64,000 bases of DNA from contig CM030335.1 of the NCBI GenBank assembly GCA_017654855.1, positions 2,728,001 to 2,792,000 of the forward strand, given 5' to 3'. Within the stretch, counting starts at the first letter, position 1, and the number at the start of each line of letters is the position of its first letter. Position numbers and translations under genes: made by a program. Positions 61,463 to 64,000 of the stretch are shown one piece after another. The notes below the pieces were generated by a model, which saw only the letters and a program-made list of their open reading frames with translations, was not told where the DNA came from and did not search any database. The stretch comes from Podospora anserina. Its lineage: Eukaryota.

Positions 61463-61581
61463 ACATACAACACCAGGGATTCCCCAGTGGTCACCCACCT
61501 GAGTACTAATCTGGCGATCAGCTGCTTGACTCGGGCAGAGCGGACGGGATGCCGTATTTTCAGCTGTCTATGGTCGTATGT
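61463..61581 (-). rRNA. 5S rRNA gene (isotype C)
   Basis: 119 nt, ACATACGACCATAGACAGCTG...GGTGTTGTATGT; TATATA about 26-31 nt upstream (61607-61612); T tracts downstream. Confidence 0.96.
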
Positions 61582-62455
61582 GCTTGTGCTCATCAGATTC
61601 CTCAACTATATAGCAACGTTGTACTGTTGTCTCCCCACCCAACACCCCTCTGCCACACATTAAGATGACATCCTCTCCCTCTTTTTACACCCTCTCTGTC
61701 TCACTAGAATGTGTCTGACTATCGTATCCCCTTGCCACAAATACCCAGTGTGCCGACTGACCGAGCATCAGACTCATACCACACACCCTCGGCACGCGGG
61801 TCTCCTTCTAGCTATGAGTCTGATCCATCTCCCGGCGTGAACAGCGCGGGGTTGGTAAGAGAGTTGCCAGTGGCACCCTCGAACGCGCTGTTGCTGCTGC
61901 TCTTTTGGTTCGGCGGCCAAAGTACAGCCTACCGTGTGTAAGAAGCAGGGCGACTCCAGCTAGTGAGCCGGCTACGGCGTTGGTTTGAGGAGTTGGCTTG
62001 TTTTGGGCTTCAGAGGATTGTGGGGTACTGCCTGGTCGAAGGGCTAGAAGTCATGAGTCCCTTACCTATATCCGGGCATGTAGGTTGAGGTAGGCAGGGG
62101 TGTAATGGTCTGATGTACCCTAGCTTGCAACCTTTTGGAACAAAAACGTGTAGTATTTGTGAGTGAAATATCTTTCATGAATATTTATCTTCTGATGCCG
62201 TAGACACACTACACACTCATAGCCATCATAATCCCAAAGCTAGCTCTAAAAAGCGCTTCCTGGCTTTCTATGCCCTCATACCCCAGCCCCTATATTAACA
62301 AATAAAGAAAATGTATATATCTGAAAAAGAAAAAAGAAAACCAAAACGTGATGGTATCTGGCTGTAGCACAATATAACAACAATTGAAAAGAAATCCCCC
62401 CTGCCCATATGTCCAATAACTCCCCACCTTCATCTACCCCACCTCTTTAACCTCT

Positions 62456-64000
62456 CTAAGAACACCATATCTTCGGCCACCTCCACTCCCCCCCCTGCCA
62501 CCACTTCTTCACCTTCTTATTCTCATACCCCTCCTCCCTAACATTATGCCTCCCCACCACCGTCAAGAAAACCTGATCCAGCGTCGTGGGGCTGACACTG
62601 TAGTGCTCCACCCCCAACAGATCCCTATTCTCCTCCAGCAACACCACCAGCCTCCCCACGGCCGAGTTCTGACTCAGATCCCCTCCGGTCCTGGGGTCCT
62701 TCTCCCCGGACACAACCGCCGAGGCGGGAACCTTGAACCTCATCTGTCCGTGGTACGTCTTCTCTTCCACCTCCGCCCCCTCGCCAAACTGCTCGGCGAC
62801 CCATTGTCTAATCTTCAGAATCTGAGACTCAGGCGTGTGAGGCGCCCCCTTGCAGACAAGGTGCACATGGATGAGATCCCCAAACTTGTTCCGGAGATGT
62901 TCAATGCTTCCCATGGCGAGCATCCTCTTGGCGAGGATCCCCGCCCTCCCGGCTAGAGCGTCCGCTTCCTCCATCGAGTGGGTCGTCAACAAAATCGAAC
63001 GGCCCGGGACGGTGGCAGCAAGGGTGCGCCACATGATTCTCTTCGCGGCGGCGTCAAGACCGGAGGAGGGCTCATCGAGGAGGATGACAGAGGGGTTACC
63101 CATGAGAGCAATACCAAGAGACAGCTTGCGCTTGTTACCACCTGACAAAGCGTGGGCTTGGCGGTCGCGGAAGAGTTGCAGGCCTACTGCGTCGATGACG
63201 GCAGAGACTTGAGCGTCGATGTCGCTGATGCCACGGACGCGAGCGTAGAAGCGGAGGTGCTCGGCTACCGTCATTTGGTCGATGGCGTCGAATTGAGGGC
63301 AGACGCCGAGGTGGCGGCGGGCGACGGAGAGTTGCTGCGTTACCGAGGCGTCTTCGACAAAGACGTCGCCGCCGGAAGCACCGCCGGAGGGTTTGATGTC
63401 ACCGCGGATGACGGAGATGGTGGTGGATTTACCTGCTCCGTTGGGGCCAAGGAGAGCAAAGACTTCGCCGTGGGGGACACCGAAGGTGACATTGTCGACC
63501 GCAGTGTTGGAGCCGAAGGACTTGGTGAGGTTGATGACGCGGAGGCCGTCGGTGATCTTGGTGTTACCACCGGTGGCCGAGGACTTGACACGGACGAGTT
63601 CGTTGGCGACTTCTTCATCCGACATGGCGGCTGCTTCATCGGGGTTGGCGGCCTTGGGCTTGGAACGGAAGAGGAGTTTGCGGAGGCTGAACCCAGCGCT
63701 GCCACCGTCTGCCCAGACGAGGATGAGGAAGAGGACAATAATCTGGATGACGAGGTAGAGGATAGGACCGCCGTATTGAAGGATACCGCCGGGGTAAGAG
63801 GCCAGGGCATCACCATCGCAGGCTGTAGAGAACAGGTTCATGGCGAGGAACAGCGCACGAGTGAGCGATATGATCGGTGCCAACACTGCCAGAGCAAAGT
63901 GGACAATGATCAACAGCTTGTCGACCTGTTGAACCGGTGCATAAGTGATAACCGACATGTAACCAAACAGGTAGACAATGAACATCACGAGCTGGCCAGC
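62456..64000 (-). CDS. ABCA-subfamily ABC transporter, C-terminal part (runs off the window end)
   Basis: TM segments followed by an NBD: Walker A GPNGAGKST, GVCPQFD, signature LSGGNKRKL, Walker B ILLDEP, LTTHSMEEA, and the C-terminal TTLDQVFL typical of ABCA. Confidence 0.93.
   Translation of the reverse strand, partial: AGQLVMFIVYLFGYMSVITYAPVQQVDKLLIIVHFALAVLAPIISLTRALFLAMNLFSTACDGDALASYPGGILQYGGPILYLVIQIIVLFLILVWADGGSAGFSLRKLLFRSKPKAANPDEAAAMSDEEVANELVRVKSSATGGNTKITDGLRVINLTKSFGSNTAVDNVTFGVPHGEVFALLGPNGAGKSTTISVIRGDIKPSGGASGGDVFVEDASVTQQLSVARRHLGVCPQFDAIDQMTVAEHLRFYARVRGISDIDAQVSAVIDAVGLQLFRDRQAHALSGGNKRKLSLGIALMGNPSVILLDEPSSGLDAAAKRIMWRTLAATVPGRSILLTTHSMEEADALAGRAGILAKRMLAMGSIEHLRNKFGDLIHVHLVCKGAPHTPESQILKIRQWVAEQFGEGAEVEEKTYHGQMRFKVPASAVVSGEKDPRTGGDLSQNSAVGRLVVLLEENRDLLGVEHYSVSPTTLDQVFLTVVGRHNVREEGYENKKVKKWWQGGEWRWPKIWCS

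Noticed and set aside
29900-61581. Starship-type giant transposon inserted at a 5S gene
   Set aside because: All three 5S genes are intact, and no tyrosine recombinase (DUF3435 captain) gene is visible.
1-64000. CRISPR arrays, tRNAs, prokaryotic operons
   Set aside because: The locus is eukaryotic; I saw no regularly spaced repeats and no convincing cloverleaf.

Overview
Eukaryotic, intron-containing DNA from a filamentous ascomycete. Short GT-AG introns with CTAAC/CTGAC branch points, dispersed 5S rRNA genes and a RIP-damaged transposon point to Sordariales, with a Podospora-like composition (inference). The first ~28 kb is a gene-dense, mostly conserved block: G-patch protein, WHI2, DHDPS-family aldolase, AA12-like PQQ dehydrogenase, SEC13, PEX20, terpene cyclase, DOPA-dioxygenase-family gene, a Cys-repeat membrane protein and MLP1/TPR. 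From 28.6 to 61.6 kb the region looks accessory. Two clusters (28.6-35.8 kb and 56.2-58.7 kb) hold seven diverged paralogs of an uncharacterised single-pass receptor-like family with a 6-Cys ectodomain, a shared intron position and acidic E[LM]D tail repeats; some copies are decaying. These clusters flank one bZIP transcription factor gene lying in a ~20 kb gene-poor stretch. Three sequence-distinct 5S rRNA genes and a complete pogo/Fot1-type DNA transposon with RIP damage confined to its centre also lie in this accessory region. The window ends inside an ABCA transporter. Exon boundaries were read by eye and are approximate.
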